A DNA stretch of 64,000 nt from Azolla caroliniana (lineage: Eukaryota > Plantae > Polypodiophyta). The first letter of the stretch is position 1. Each line of letters starts with the position of its first letter. This document shows positions 1 through 11,306 of the stretch, one piece after another. The stretch is from assembly GCA_043228905.1 (NCBI GenBank), contig JBHGNT010000067.1, forward strand, positions 72,341 to 136,340, in the 5' to 3' direction. The notes under the pieces were generated by a model, which was not told the DNA's origin, ran no database searches, and worked only from the letters and a program-made list of their open reading frames with translations. The translations under genes and the position numbers were made by a program.

Positions 1-88
1 AACATATTGTTACAAAATAATGTTATAATGATATTGTATGTTTTAATACGTTATACATCAGATATCAATGTTGTGTAAATAGTAATAC

Positions 89-3000
89 CTCATCAAATTT
101 CTCAGCATTGATAAAGCCCTTCATTAGGGTTGTATATGTCACCAGATCTGGAGTAATACCCTAGCCAAATAATCAACCACTAGTCTTTCAGAAACATGAA
201 TATACTCGATGTTTCTTTCCTTGAAAGATAATATTAATATAATGGCTTATAATTAAGAACTGTGACATCAGGAACATGTGCTAGCTTATTGGTATTTTCA
301 TTTTGTACACCAGCATTGTGTGCAGGATGTTGTATATACATAGAACTAGGCTGCAAGCCATTTCATGGAATGTCGACAGAACTAGTTGTTAAAGAGTTGG
401 ATATATCATATATTCGAATATGACTAATTAGCACAATACTGATCTTGAGAGGATGTTCATGCAAACAATGGCTACAGTGGACAACTTAAGTAAATGAAAA
501 GCTAGAACGAGAGAGTAAGAGACAGGTCACAGAAATAGCACAAAGTACCATAGTTAAAATGTTAGGTACAAAACAGATACCTCACGAGGGCGACTGCCCA
601 TGAGTGAGGAATCGGGCTCATAACTAACATGGTTCAGAATGAATGTATAAAAAAAAGGGCCTTTTCATCAAGCTGAGTAAGTACGACACCAAAAGACAAG
701 CTCACACTGGTGTGAGAAGACAAAATGACATGTTTGAGAAGGCCATAGATTAGGGCAGAAAACTCAGGTAAGACAAACAACAGCATGGGTTGCCAACCTT
801 TAAAAGTTACATGCATTTATGAATGGTAACTAATCTGTAGACCAATTTTGTTGGTCATATGTGTATTAATCTATTGGGAAAAAACCAGGTCTTGAACCTA
901 CAATCAAATTCTTTGTTCAAACCTATGTAATTTTGGGAAGCCCTTGCATTGCTATATCTTCTGTAAGTTGAATTCTTCACTTTACATTTTAATGTGGCTG
1001 TTTAATAGAGATCTTACATTCTGATGCATGTATTCAAACACCGCCAGTCCCTCTTCTGGCTTAGCTGCTACACTGAAGGAGTTTAATACAGAATTCAACA
1101 TCACTATATTTGTCTCAATGCCATCTGCTTCCATTTTTTTGAAGACAGCCATAGCTTGCTCACAAAGCCCCTGTGACATGACCAAATGAACAGAAAACCA
1201 CAAGTCATTAAGGCTATTCTTACCAACCAAAGAAAACTTTGAATTATTGAGTTAAGGTAACAAATCCTAACTGTTCCTTTGATCTATTGATTCTAAAGAA
1301 GAGACGGAAAATAGTAAACAAAAAATCTCGAGTACAATTCTTTAATTTTGATAGTTGTTAAAAAACACGTATTCTACATTTTGAATACATTTTAGAATAC
1401 TCTGAAGTATTCTACACTAATTCTACGTTTTCAAATTGCCATTTTTCAAATTTCCACGTATTCTACATAATCTAAAAACTTGACATATTCTACGTATTCT
1501 ACATATTTAGCAAGTATTTAACCTTTCAAAAAAGTTTAAAACTTTTTTAATTATTACTTTTTATATTTTTTTATATTTTAATAAGTATTTAACGTATTTT
1601 ACAAGTATTCTACGTATTTTAAGTATTCTACACATGCTCTAAGTATTTAATGTATTTTTTCTGTAAAATATGTATCTAAGCATTTTGTTTTTGAAGTTGG
1701 AATACTTGAAGAATACTTTAAATACGATAGACATTGTATGCTAAGTATTCTATAAGTATGGTCTATCTCTAAAGACTAAAAAGAAAATCAACTTCTTATT
1801 TTGAATCAAGATAATAAAAAACCCGTGCGCATAGCATACTGTTGTCAGGGGATAGCTTCAGTACAAAACATATTTTGACTATGAAGAAATGTTAGATGAT
1901 GCTCTCATGCTACATGGATTCACCAATGACCTAAAAACACTCACCTCTTTCTCAATCATACAAAACTAAAATCCGTTTGAATAGCCAAAAAAATGACAGG
2001 GAATGAGAATGCAACAGCTGTGAAAGTTTAAGAACCCACTTAATCAGGACAAGAAGTATGAACTATTGTTTAAAATGATGAGGAATTATGAAATCTCCTA
2101 CAAATCAACAAAGGTCATAACACCACATTGCCCCCCTTTCCTGCCATTTGATAGCCATGTCCTCAGAGGTTTTTTGTTTTCCGATCACCAACATGTCTTC
2201 TTTCATGCATATCGATATGATTCTTCATCAAGAGGGAATGGCATAAATTGGGCAACCTCATTACAACCTCAATGGGTATCCTCTTCAACGGAGTCATGGA
2301 ATTGTTGTGAGCTCCCAATCACAAAAAAGTTAACTCTAGTTTAGCTGACTGAGAAAGAAGCTAGCGAACAAGACCTGCTGAATGTGTGGATTTGTTGTGT
2401 TCAATCACCTGCAGGTACAAATACAAAGTATGAACAAGCGAATCCACAAGTTCAACCAGTCTCATCAGCTAGCTTCTTATGCCATATTTCCTTTCACTTC
2501 ATTTCCTCCTCTAAAACTTGAATGCACTCTATGCTGAAATTTGGTTTCTCTGCAATGGAAATTGATATGGGAAGCTTCCAAATCATTCTTCACTGACAAT
2601 GATAGATAGTAAAATAATGCCGCCTCAGCACTCAAATTTTTGTACTCAAGAGTGCCTCTCAGGCAGCCAACCAACCACATACTGATCCTGGAGTCTAACT
2701 GTCATGCTCATCTAATCTGGACACCATTGGCTTCATTCACTTTACTTTGGGAATGCAATGTCATCTTGTCTATGGCATAAAACAATAACAAAAATTACAT
2801 CTCCTTCAAACTGGCAAATAGATATTATCTTCACACGAGGCCAGTTTTGTATAAACTAAAACAAGAACAGACAAAAGGGGAATTTTGAGAGATAAAAAGA
2901 ATCACAAGAAACACAGTCAAAAGATCATTCACATGCAGCATGAAACAAACTACAATTGCAAAGTCCAAAAGCAAAAGATCATTGAATTCATCATGCTCGC

Positions 3001-5557
3001 ATGAACAAAAGCAATGACGTCCTTAGTCATGTAATGGGTGCCCACAAGTAGATATAGCCTTATAACAAGCACCGAACTGATCACCCACCCAACATCCCAT
3101 TATTCCTATTGATCACCAATCATGGTGATGAAAATGAAAAACAACTGCAGAAAGCAAAAACCATGGCATTGCTTCCCAAGATTAGAATATGGCTCTGCAT
3201 CATCCACACCCAACTTTGGGTGTAGAGTGATAACAAGTAACAACAAGCCAATACTGACACTTCTCCCATAGGTGATAGTTCATGCCGAAGATCAGTACTG
3301 AATACTCCAGCATAGATGCATGCAAACACAAACACTACAGAGGTTCTGGAAGTTTGAACAGATATATCACATAAAAGTACAAGAAATTACATACCTGTCG
3401 AGCATATGCATTTGCTAATGCACAGTACACACTTGCTTCAGGTTTTGTGGATCGAGTTCTCATCATCTCCAAACACTCGAATGCATCATGAAATCTACCT
3501 GATTGACCGTACACATCAACTAATGTAGTATAGGTAACGGTATTTGCAACCAAACCATTGTTCTTCATATCATCAAGAATGCTCTTGAGGTCTTTCCAGA
3601 GCCTAAGGCGCCCTAGGTAATCAATCAATATGTTATAAGTGTGGGAGCTCGGTTTACATCCTTCCAATTTCATAGAAGAGAAGGTTTGCAATGCTTTCTT
3701 CGTCTCACCTGCCCTAAAGTGGCATTCTATAAGTGAATTCCATGTTATTACATCAGGTTCTATGCCCTCAGACCTCATCTTCTTGAATATTTCACGTGCT
3801 TTTTCAGCCTTCCGATGCTTACCAAATGTGTCAATGGCAATATTATAAACATGCCTATTCGGATGAATACCTTCTTCTTTCATTTTACTCAAGGTTTTCA
3901 TGGCACTTAACCATCGACCTGCCCCTTTGAAGGCAGTCATTAATCTACCGTACACAAACGCATCAGGTTGCAAACCATTGCCTTTCATTTCTTGGAACAA
4001 AGACCAAGCTTTTTCTAGTTCTCCAGCATTTACTCGATAATCAATGAGTATACTATATGTTTGCTCATCCGGTTCTACTTTGGCATCCACCATATAAGAC
4101 CTCATCACATCTTCTGCTAAATCTAACTGTCCTTTCTTTGCATATCCTCTTATCAATGTATTGTATGTTCTAAGGTTTGGTGTCCGACCATAAGCTTTCA
4201 TCTCCTTAAATATATGTTGTGCTTCATTCATCCTCCCCGAATAGCATAAAGCAAATATGATAACAGTATAGACTGTAGCATTCGGAATGAAACCGTGATT
4301 CTTCATATCTTCCAAAAGTCGTAAGCTTTGTTCTGCATCGGCTGAACCAGCTATGGCATAAGTCACATCATTGTAAAGTTTTTCATCAAAATGTATTTGA
4401 TCGTCAAGCATATATTCATAAAGCTTCACGATTTCATGACTTTGTAACTTTGTTTTAATACACGCTTGAGTTGCAAATGTATAGAGAACACGGTCAGGTT
4501 TCATTCCTTCTTGTCTCATCTTCTTTATCAAGATAAGTAACCGAGAATACTCCTTCTTCTTCCAGCAGAGCTCAATCAATGCATTATAAGTCTGATATCC
4601 TTTCACTTCTATCTGATCTGCAAAAGACAATGCTTCAGAAAATCTGCCATTTTTACCAAGTCCTTCAATAATGACAGAAAACAGGTCATCATAGAAGACC
4701 TTAAACCTGTGTTTTTTTATCCAGTTAAGAAGATTAATGGCTGTTCGAGCTTCACCATTTCTGCATAAAGCTTTCAGAACAGTTATCCATAGGTTATGAG
4801 GAACCTTCTTGTATTTCATAGCAAGTTCCATGTCATGCAAACCCTTCTGAGCCGAAGGTATAACTCTAGTTCTTTCACCTTCTTCTATAGCGAAGGATGA
4901 TCTTAAGTTCTTGTCAAGCTCTGAAATTACGCTGTTTACCTGATCTAATTCTTTGGATGAGCTTGTGCTCTCGTCAGAATCTGAACTAAGGCTGCAAACT
5001 ACACTTGAAAGTTTGTTTTGACATTCGTCTGTTGACATATACGAAGTCATGTAATCATAAAGATTATCCTTTTGAGGTTCGACTTCCGCAAAAGAAGCAT
5101 TCTGATATTCATTTTCACATGAAACTTCTTTTTCTTCGTCTGTCAGAACAATTGTTGTCACATCTGGTAGTCCTTCTTCCTCCTCTTCTTCTTCAGCAAT
5201 GCTTTTTGATCCATCCAAATCCTGAATAAATCTAACAAGAACTGGGAAATCCCACTGTTCTTGATCTGAAGGTGGGGGATAATAATCAAAGGCCGAATGA
5301 ACAGTAGACAAACCAGATGATAAAGTGGTGGCAAAAGGCTGCATTGATGCAGAACACAAGAAATACTTGCGAAGAAGGAACGTACGAGAATTGAGAGAAA
5401 GAATTTCGAGACTCCATGGCTGAGGCAGCATGCGGCTATGGCGGACGTGAGGAAAGAGACAGAGGTTCGTAGGGAGGTTGAGGAGAGGCGCCATGGCCAT
5501 GGCCCATACACACCATGAATGAGCGATATATGGTAGCAGCAGCAGCAGCAGCAGCAT
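89..5557 (-). CDS. P-class pentatricopeptide repeat protein, CRP1 (At5g42310)-like, probably organelle-targeted; 3' end lies off-window
   Basis: 740-aa ORF with many tandem ~35-aa PPR motifs (PDVITWNSLI, PNRHVYNIAIDTFGK, ANTVTYTTLVDVYGQSG). Exons joined at GT-AG sites in frame: 5557 (or ATG 5500/5494)-3395, 1170-1018 (GLCEQA...YMHQN) and 160-89 (GITPDLVTYTTLMKGFINAEKFDE), followed by another GT donor. The C-terminal exons resemble the recalled CRP1 C-terminus. Confidence 0.9.
1340..1760. repeat. AT-rich array of degenerate (A)GTATTCTAC-like motifs inside PPR intron 1, possibly subterminal repeats of an old DNA transposon
   Basis: Many recurrences of gtattctac/aagtattt between ~1370 and 1755. 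No TIR or TSD recognised. Confidence 0.4.
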
Positions 5558-5624
5558 TCAGAGTCATCCATCCATCCATCCATCAGCTGTGGTTAAATTC
5601 GGAGACGCTTAACCGTGATTAACT

Positions 5625-5686
5625 CAACCAGGGTTCATCTCTAACTGCGGTTACCTTAACCAGGGTTCATTTCTAACTGTGGTTAG
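5625..5686. repeat. Two ~32-bp tandem copies (aaccagggttcatYtctaactgYggtta) just upstream of the PPR gene
   Basis: Direct repeat visible at ~5626 and ~5658. Confidence 0.6.
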
Positions 5687-6154
5687 TTTGAGTGTTCTCA
5701 TTGCGATTGGCATTTGGCAATACGAACCAGTGAGTGCTATGGCAACCATCCATTGTGGTTCGGCCTGTGAGAAGCCATTCCCAACCATAGCTTGCCTAAG
5801 AGTTTAGCGCCATCTTGGGGTGCGGGTGTAAAGGACCAACAGATGTGTCCATCCGATTAGTAGTTAGAGAGTCACCCCATCGGCCAAATCTAGTTGTCCA
5901 ACTGCCAAAACATTTGAGCTCCCTCTTGGCCTACTCTACTAACGGTAGCATGTTCGACTAGTCGCTATGACAATGTTTCGAAATTGTGAGATGTGTTTCT
6001 CCGATAAGAACTCTAAAGGCTACGTACTCATCACCCCCCCTAGCTAGCTCATAGATAGATAGACGATCAAACAACACAATTTTCAAGCTATGGCTTCGGT
6101 TTCAATGGGAATCTTGGTTCTACATGTCTACATATTCTACTTCAAATTATCATC

Positions 6155-6370
6155 GATTTCTTTGTTTCTCCTACCATTTGGTAGTATGAGACTGAACCGT
6201 CATTAATCAAGCAACAAAGCTACACTCCACAACAACCTATGCTTTCTTTTGTTATTTTCTTTGATTTCTTTGTTTCTCCTACCACTTGGCATTAAGAGAC
6301 TGAATCGTCGTTAATCAAGCAACAAGCCTACACTCCACAACCACCTATGCTTTATTTTGTTATTTTCTTC
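6155..6370. repeat. ~108-bp local tandem duplication
   Basis: gatttctttgtttctcctacca...ttaatcaagcaaca...ctacactccacaac..cctatgc...gttattttctt occurs twice, with a few mismatches. Confidence 0.85.
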
Positions 6371-7284
6371 TATAACTCCCAATATCACATTGTAGGTTAT
6401 TTGCCAAAACTAGGGATATATCATTACCATTCATAGACTCACATATTGACCCACATTTCGGGTTTAAGGGGATGCAATTTACTCCCAAACACATGTCATT
6501 AAACGGGAACAACACCCTCCAATCTATTGAGGACCACTACTCAAACTGCCCATTGTTATATTCTGTCCAACTTATGAAGATATATTCACAAAATGAACAG
6601 GAGATCTGATTAACAAAACACAGTTTCATTCACATGAGATTCAAGTAGTGCTTGTCACTCATGCTTTTAATTCAGAGCATACTATGACAAGTTGCTTAGT
6701 AAACGAATTGTCTATTTCCATGCACATTGTAAAGAACACAATCTATCCGGAGACAATGTATCCACTTAGCTAAACAAGCATATGCCAAACACAACACTAA
6801 CACAATACGTTGTCTTACAATAGATACCTTCGTTTCATGGTGGAACCTAATCCTTGTATTTCATTAAGCCAAAATGAGACCATCATTACAACAATTTTGA
6901 TTTGTTCTTCTAAGGTCCCTGTGGTTTTTCATATCACAATTTTAAAATCCAATATTCGGGTCAAACTCATTCCAATGTACACACTTTGTAAAGCCATGCG
7001 TCCAAAGTGAAGGGATTTCCCAAGTAACCAAAAGACGGGAATTGGAACATTGTCCAATCAACATATGACACAAGGGATCAAGTTGAATGGCCATTTATTG
7101 AGTAATCTTCATCTATAACAAATGGAATATAATAATGCCCCATCAAGCTATATATGAGAGAATATAGCTCAATGAACACCATCAAAATATCAATCCACTC
7201 ATTGGCTGGATATGACTGCAGAATTGTGTCCCCTTATATACATAAAGGACTAATTTATCTTTGTTTTCCCGAAGCCAGGAAGCC

Positions 7285-9240
7285 CTAAATGTCAACAGCA
7301 TCACTCGATTTTTTGGCTATTTTCATCACATCGACACTCCCGCACAAGGGCCAACACTTGGTTTTGAGGCTCGACGAGAACCTGTAGGAGGAGAAAGCAG
7401 TGTATTCAGGTACAACATCAATAAAAAGCTCCAATAGGTGTGAAACGGACATTAGAAAGATAACGATGTTGGCATACCTCGAGGTGCGCACAATGTGAGC
7501 ACAAGTAGACTTACATCGCCGACCGTCCGATGCATTATCCATGGCATCTTTAGCACAATTACTGCAGTAAAGCTTCGCACATACCTGTGTTCAATCAGCA
7601 TGGAGGAATAACAATTAGAATAAAATGACCACATTGTTCCGTAAACAACTTCCATGACACTTTAAAACATGGCTTCTTCATCGACCAATGTCCTACTTAG
7701 GCAGAACATTCACATTGTCCGGTCATTGGACTCCCATAAATTCATACCACTTAGACCCACATGAGAGGCATCTCCCTTGGGAAGATATATGTACTAGGGT
7801 AACCAACGTTAGTCCAAGGACCGATTGTCTATTGGCATGGGTCAAGCTTAGTCAAATTCCTATGATGCATGATAGGAATTTGACTAAGCTCGACTCCTGC
7901 CAATGAGCATGTTAGGGATTGGCCAAACCCTAAGGTATACTTGACTTGTTGGAAAAAATACCTCCTTTGACGTAGACTGACGATTCATGACTAAGGAATG
8001 AATACATGGATCAATTATAATGGCATTCTGGACGACTTGACCATCCTTGCCTAAGCTTGACCATGAGGCTATGGATTCAATATTTACCGTGCATCGCGAC
8101 TTGAAGAAGACAGTGTATGACGCGCAGGACGAGCATTGGCTCGACGGATGGACACGGCTACTGCTACCAATTCCGCCGCCACCAGTGTATTGGGATGTAA
8201 TGAATTTCATCTGATTCTTACTCTTCTGCAGTAATTGATCGGACTGCTGCGATCTGCTGCTGGTAGTCGTTGATCGGCAATCGGAATTGCTGTATCTCTT
8301 GGAAGGATTGGATCGGCTTGATAAGGAGGAGGAGGAGGAAGAGGAGGAGCTTGCAGATCGGTCCATCTTCGAGCTAGGCGGTGCCGCCGTTGAAGGCGTT
8401 TGGCGGAGCAAGACGTGATCCTCAGACGGCGGCGATGGCGGACATTGGAGTATATCCACAGACTTAAGGCTTGGAGATGAAGATGAAGATGGCGACGAAG
8501 TGTTGTAGATTACTCTTAACGGCGCCACAGATGATGCTCCGGAGCTGCCGGAGCCGCCTCCTATGGACAGGAAACTGCAGGACATGGCCGGAAAGGAGAA
8601 TCGCAGGGCTATCCTGCACTTCGTCTGCGATGCCGAAGCCGCTTGAGCTGTCGAACCTAGCGACAGTGGCAGCAGCGGCGCAGATTTGTGGCAGCTTCCT
8701 TTCACGCCACCGTATGATCGAGCTGAGCTCAGCTTCTTCTTCTTCTTCTTCTTGGGATTCTTGGTTGAATCCTTTTCTCTGAATCTGCTGTCTATCTTGT
8801 TTCCGTCTGTAGAGTTTCTGGCGTCTTGACTCACGACCAAGACCCCGTCCGCGCGACATAGCTGCGGATCCTGCTTAGCTATCGAGGAAATTGGATCTAC
8901 CACTGGCTCTGAAGTCTCGTCGCCATCGCCGGAGCTCCCCACCACGCCTTCACTTTTCTGAAGGTCCTGATCCAGAAGCGTGTGTTGTGCATCCACAATG
9001 TCTCGGAGAGAGAGGTCGTAGGAGCCTTCGGAGAGAGCGTCGTAGAGCCTCTGCAGTTCGAGCTTCGCCTGCAAGAAGGAAGGAGGGGAGGCAGTAGATT
9101 TCGGCGCAGCAGAAGTACAGGGGTAGGCAGTTGATCCGGGCCGCCATGGGGTAGCAGGAGAATCAGGCGGGGAATCGAGAGGAGAGATATAAGCAGAGAA
9201 CAGCGGAATCGAAGAGCATGCAGAGGAAGATGATGATGAA

Positions 9241-9272
<32 letters not shown>

Positions 9273-9308
9273 AGAAGAAGAAGAAGAAGAAGAACGAATA
9301 GGATTCAT
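7285..9308 (-). CDS. Ser-rich, largely disordered protein with a 'SYDLSLRDIVD' motif and a C-terminal XLG-like Cys-rich domain; 3 exons
   Basis: Exon 1 is 9308 (ATG)-8088 (donor ACG|GTAAAT). Exon 2 is 7584-7478 (CAG|GTATGT...AG|GTATGC). Exon 3 is 7381-7285 (TAG). The spliced C-terminus reads CSSCASYTVFFKSRCTVCAKLYCSNCAKDAMDNASDGRRCKSTCAHIVRTSRFSSSLKTKCWPLCGS...DI*. Also has a poly-Lys NLS-like stretch (KKKKKKK). Confidence 0.8.
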
Positions 9309-9443
9309 CGTAGGATGGAGGGAGAACAAAGTAGAGGAGGAGGAGGAGAAGGCTCGATTTACAGGCTAAATACAGAGGAAGTTCGATATGCAGGAGAAGG
9401 AAGAATGTATGCAGAGGAAGAAGAAGAAGAAGAAGAAGAAGAG

Positions 9444-9467
9444 TCACAGAAGGATTCGATTCGCCAT
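9444..9467 (-). other. Short upstream ORF (MANRILL*) ahead of the Ser-rich gene
   Basis: gctATGGCG AAT CGA ATC CTT CTG TGA on the minus strand, in a strong start context. Confidence 0.35.
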
Positions 9468-10505
9468 AGCTAGCTAGCTCTGTGCACAGAGAGAGGAATT
9501 AGACAGGCAGAGGGCCAAGGATTTAAGGCACTAGATTAGCTTAAGCTATGATCATTTTTTCGTCTGCAGGATTATTATTATTATTATTATTATTATTATA
9601 ATTAACGGAGTTTTTAACCGAATTGTTAAATTATTAAAGCCTGATATCTGGTTTTTTTTGTCTGGGGCTTTTTTTCTCCGTTTTTTCGGGCTAGAAAACA
9701 AATATATAAATATAAATACATACACCTGGAGAGCTTTATTTTAATTATTTTCTATTTCTTGTTTTTATTGATTTCTATATGTTTTTTTTTTATTTGTAGG
9801 GAAAGGATCAAATATAAAGATTAAATAGACAGAAAATTAGAAGAAGAAAAAAGGAAGGGGGCGTATTATGAATACGACGTAAGAAATTTAAATTCTTTAT
9901 TTTACGTATTTATGAGGATAACACAAGAGTTATTTATTTTCGTTCGTTTTTCTCTTTCTTTTGGTTTTCGAAAGCAAACAAAAGGAGATTTAAATCAGGG
10001 GGGAGTTAATGAGAGAGGGCGATGAATAATAATAATAAATAATAAAATAAGAGGCATTTCTGTGTTGTATAACTTGTATTATTCATTATGATTGGACAAC
10101 GGGTTCGTTTCGGTTCGTTTCGGTTCGGTTCGGTTTGGGCGGGCGGACATGCTGCCCAGGTGTGAACGCGCGTAGACGGCGCCACCCCCCCCCCTCCCTT
10201 CACACTTCCTTCTCTTCCTTCTTTCGTTTCAAATACATTTAAAGCTTCTTCTTCTTTTTGAATCCTTTTGAAAAATCTTTTTTTATCTAATTTATTCGTC
10301 ATTCTGAATATTTATTTATTTGCCCCTCCTCCGTCTTCTTCTTCTTTTCGAATTCTTTTGAACCTATTCATCGTCCCCTTTTCTTTCTTTAAATTCCCTT
10401 TTTTTTAATTTATCTTTTTTAAATAGTGACTTTATAATTTAATTCTCCTATTGTGAAACGCATGTGTGTGTGTGTGTTAGTTGCTTTATTATTGTTATTG
10501 TCCAT

Positions 10506-10893
10506 TGGGGGATGCATTTTCGTTGCTTGGTAATTCAAAGTGTTTTTGTTTCGTGTTGGGGAAATCATAGATTGGAGAGGAGAAGTGAAAGCAATGGAAT
10601 ATTCCCGTTAATTACAAATCTAGCCCTTCAATGCCTTGCTCCTCTCTCCCTCTCTATTTGCCTCTCTATGATAAAATTGGAACGATATAGAGAAGATTAG
10701 CATGGCCCCTGGGGGGTGCATTTTCGTTGCTTGGTAATTCAAAGTGTTTTTGTTTCGTGTTCAGGAAATCATTGATTGGGGAGGAGAAGTGAAAGCAATG
10801 GAATATTCCCATTAATTACAAATCTAGCCCTTCAATGCTTTGCTCCTCTCTCCGTCTCTATTTGCCACTCTATGATAAAATTGGAATGATACA
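10506..10893 (+). repeat. 204-bp-period tandem duplication that includes the 5' part of the U6 pseudogene
   Basis: gggg.tgcattttcgttgcttggtaattcaaagtg...ctctatgataaaattggaa.gata is repeated, with gataaaattgg at 10670 and 10874. Confidence 0.9.
10670..10711 (+). pseudogene. U6: U6 snRNA fragment (central part; ACAGAGA box mutated to ATAGAGA)
   Basis: gataaaattggaacgatatagagaagattagcatggcccctg matches plant U6 with one mismatch. It lacks the 5' stem-loop and the 3' end. Confidence 0.9.
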
Positions 10894-10994
10894 TAAAGAA
10901 ATAAAGATATATTAACGTCTTCTAAGGCCAAAATTGGCCCATGGCCCCTGTGCAAGGATGACACGCACAAATCGAGAAATGGTCCAAAATTTTT
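10874..10994 (+). pseudogene. U6: Rearranged U6 snRNA pseudogene: 5' part, then an inverted insert, then the complete 3' half with T-tract
   Basis: gataaaattggaatgataca, then the insert, then catggcccctgtgcaaggatgacacgcacaaatcgagaaatggtccaaaattttt, which matches the plant U6 3' half. No canonical USE/TATA recognised upstream. Confidence 0.9.
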
Positions 10995-11111
10995 AAGTCT
11001 CATGGGCCAATTTTGGTCTTAGAAGACATTAATATATCTTTCTTTCTTTCTCACACACACATATGTTCTTCGTATTGAGGTTGTATCTAAATGCATCGCA
11101 TTCCCTACTTA

Positions 11112-11306
11112 GGTGTTGCTTAAGGCATATTGATGAAAAAAGAAGTGAACGGTGAAACATCAACAAACCCACTATAAAAAATAACAAGGGTACAAAATGT
11201 TAATGATTTGGGAACTCATTGGGTGTTGCTTAAGGCATATTGATGAAAAAGGAAGTGAAAGGTGAAACATCAACAAACCTGCTATCAAAATAACAAGGAT
11301 ACAAAT
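11112..11306. repeat. 110-bp-period tandem duplication
   Basis: ggtgttgcttaaggcatattgatgaaaaa...ggtgaaacatcaacaaacc...aataacaagg.tacaaa at 11112 and 11222. Confidence 0.85.

Noticed and set aside
7884-8087. C-terminal part of the 481-aa ORF as coding
   Set aside because: It begins at a canonical GTAAAT donor, and splicing restores a continuous Cys-rich motif, so this stretch is intron.
10670-10994. Functional U6 gene
   Set aside because: No 5' stem-loop, the ACAGAGA box is mutated or replaced, and no recognisable USE/TATA promoter.
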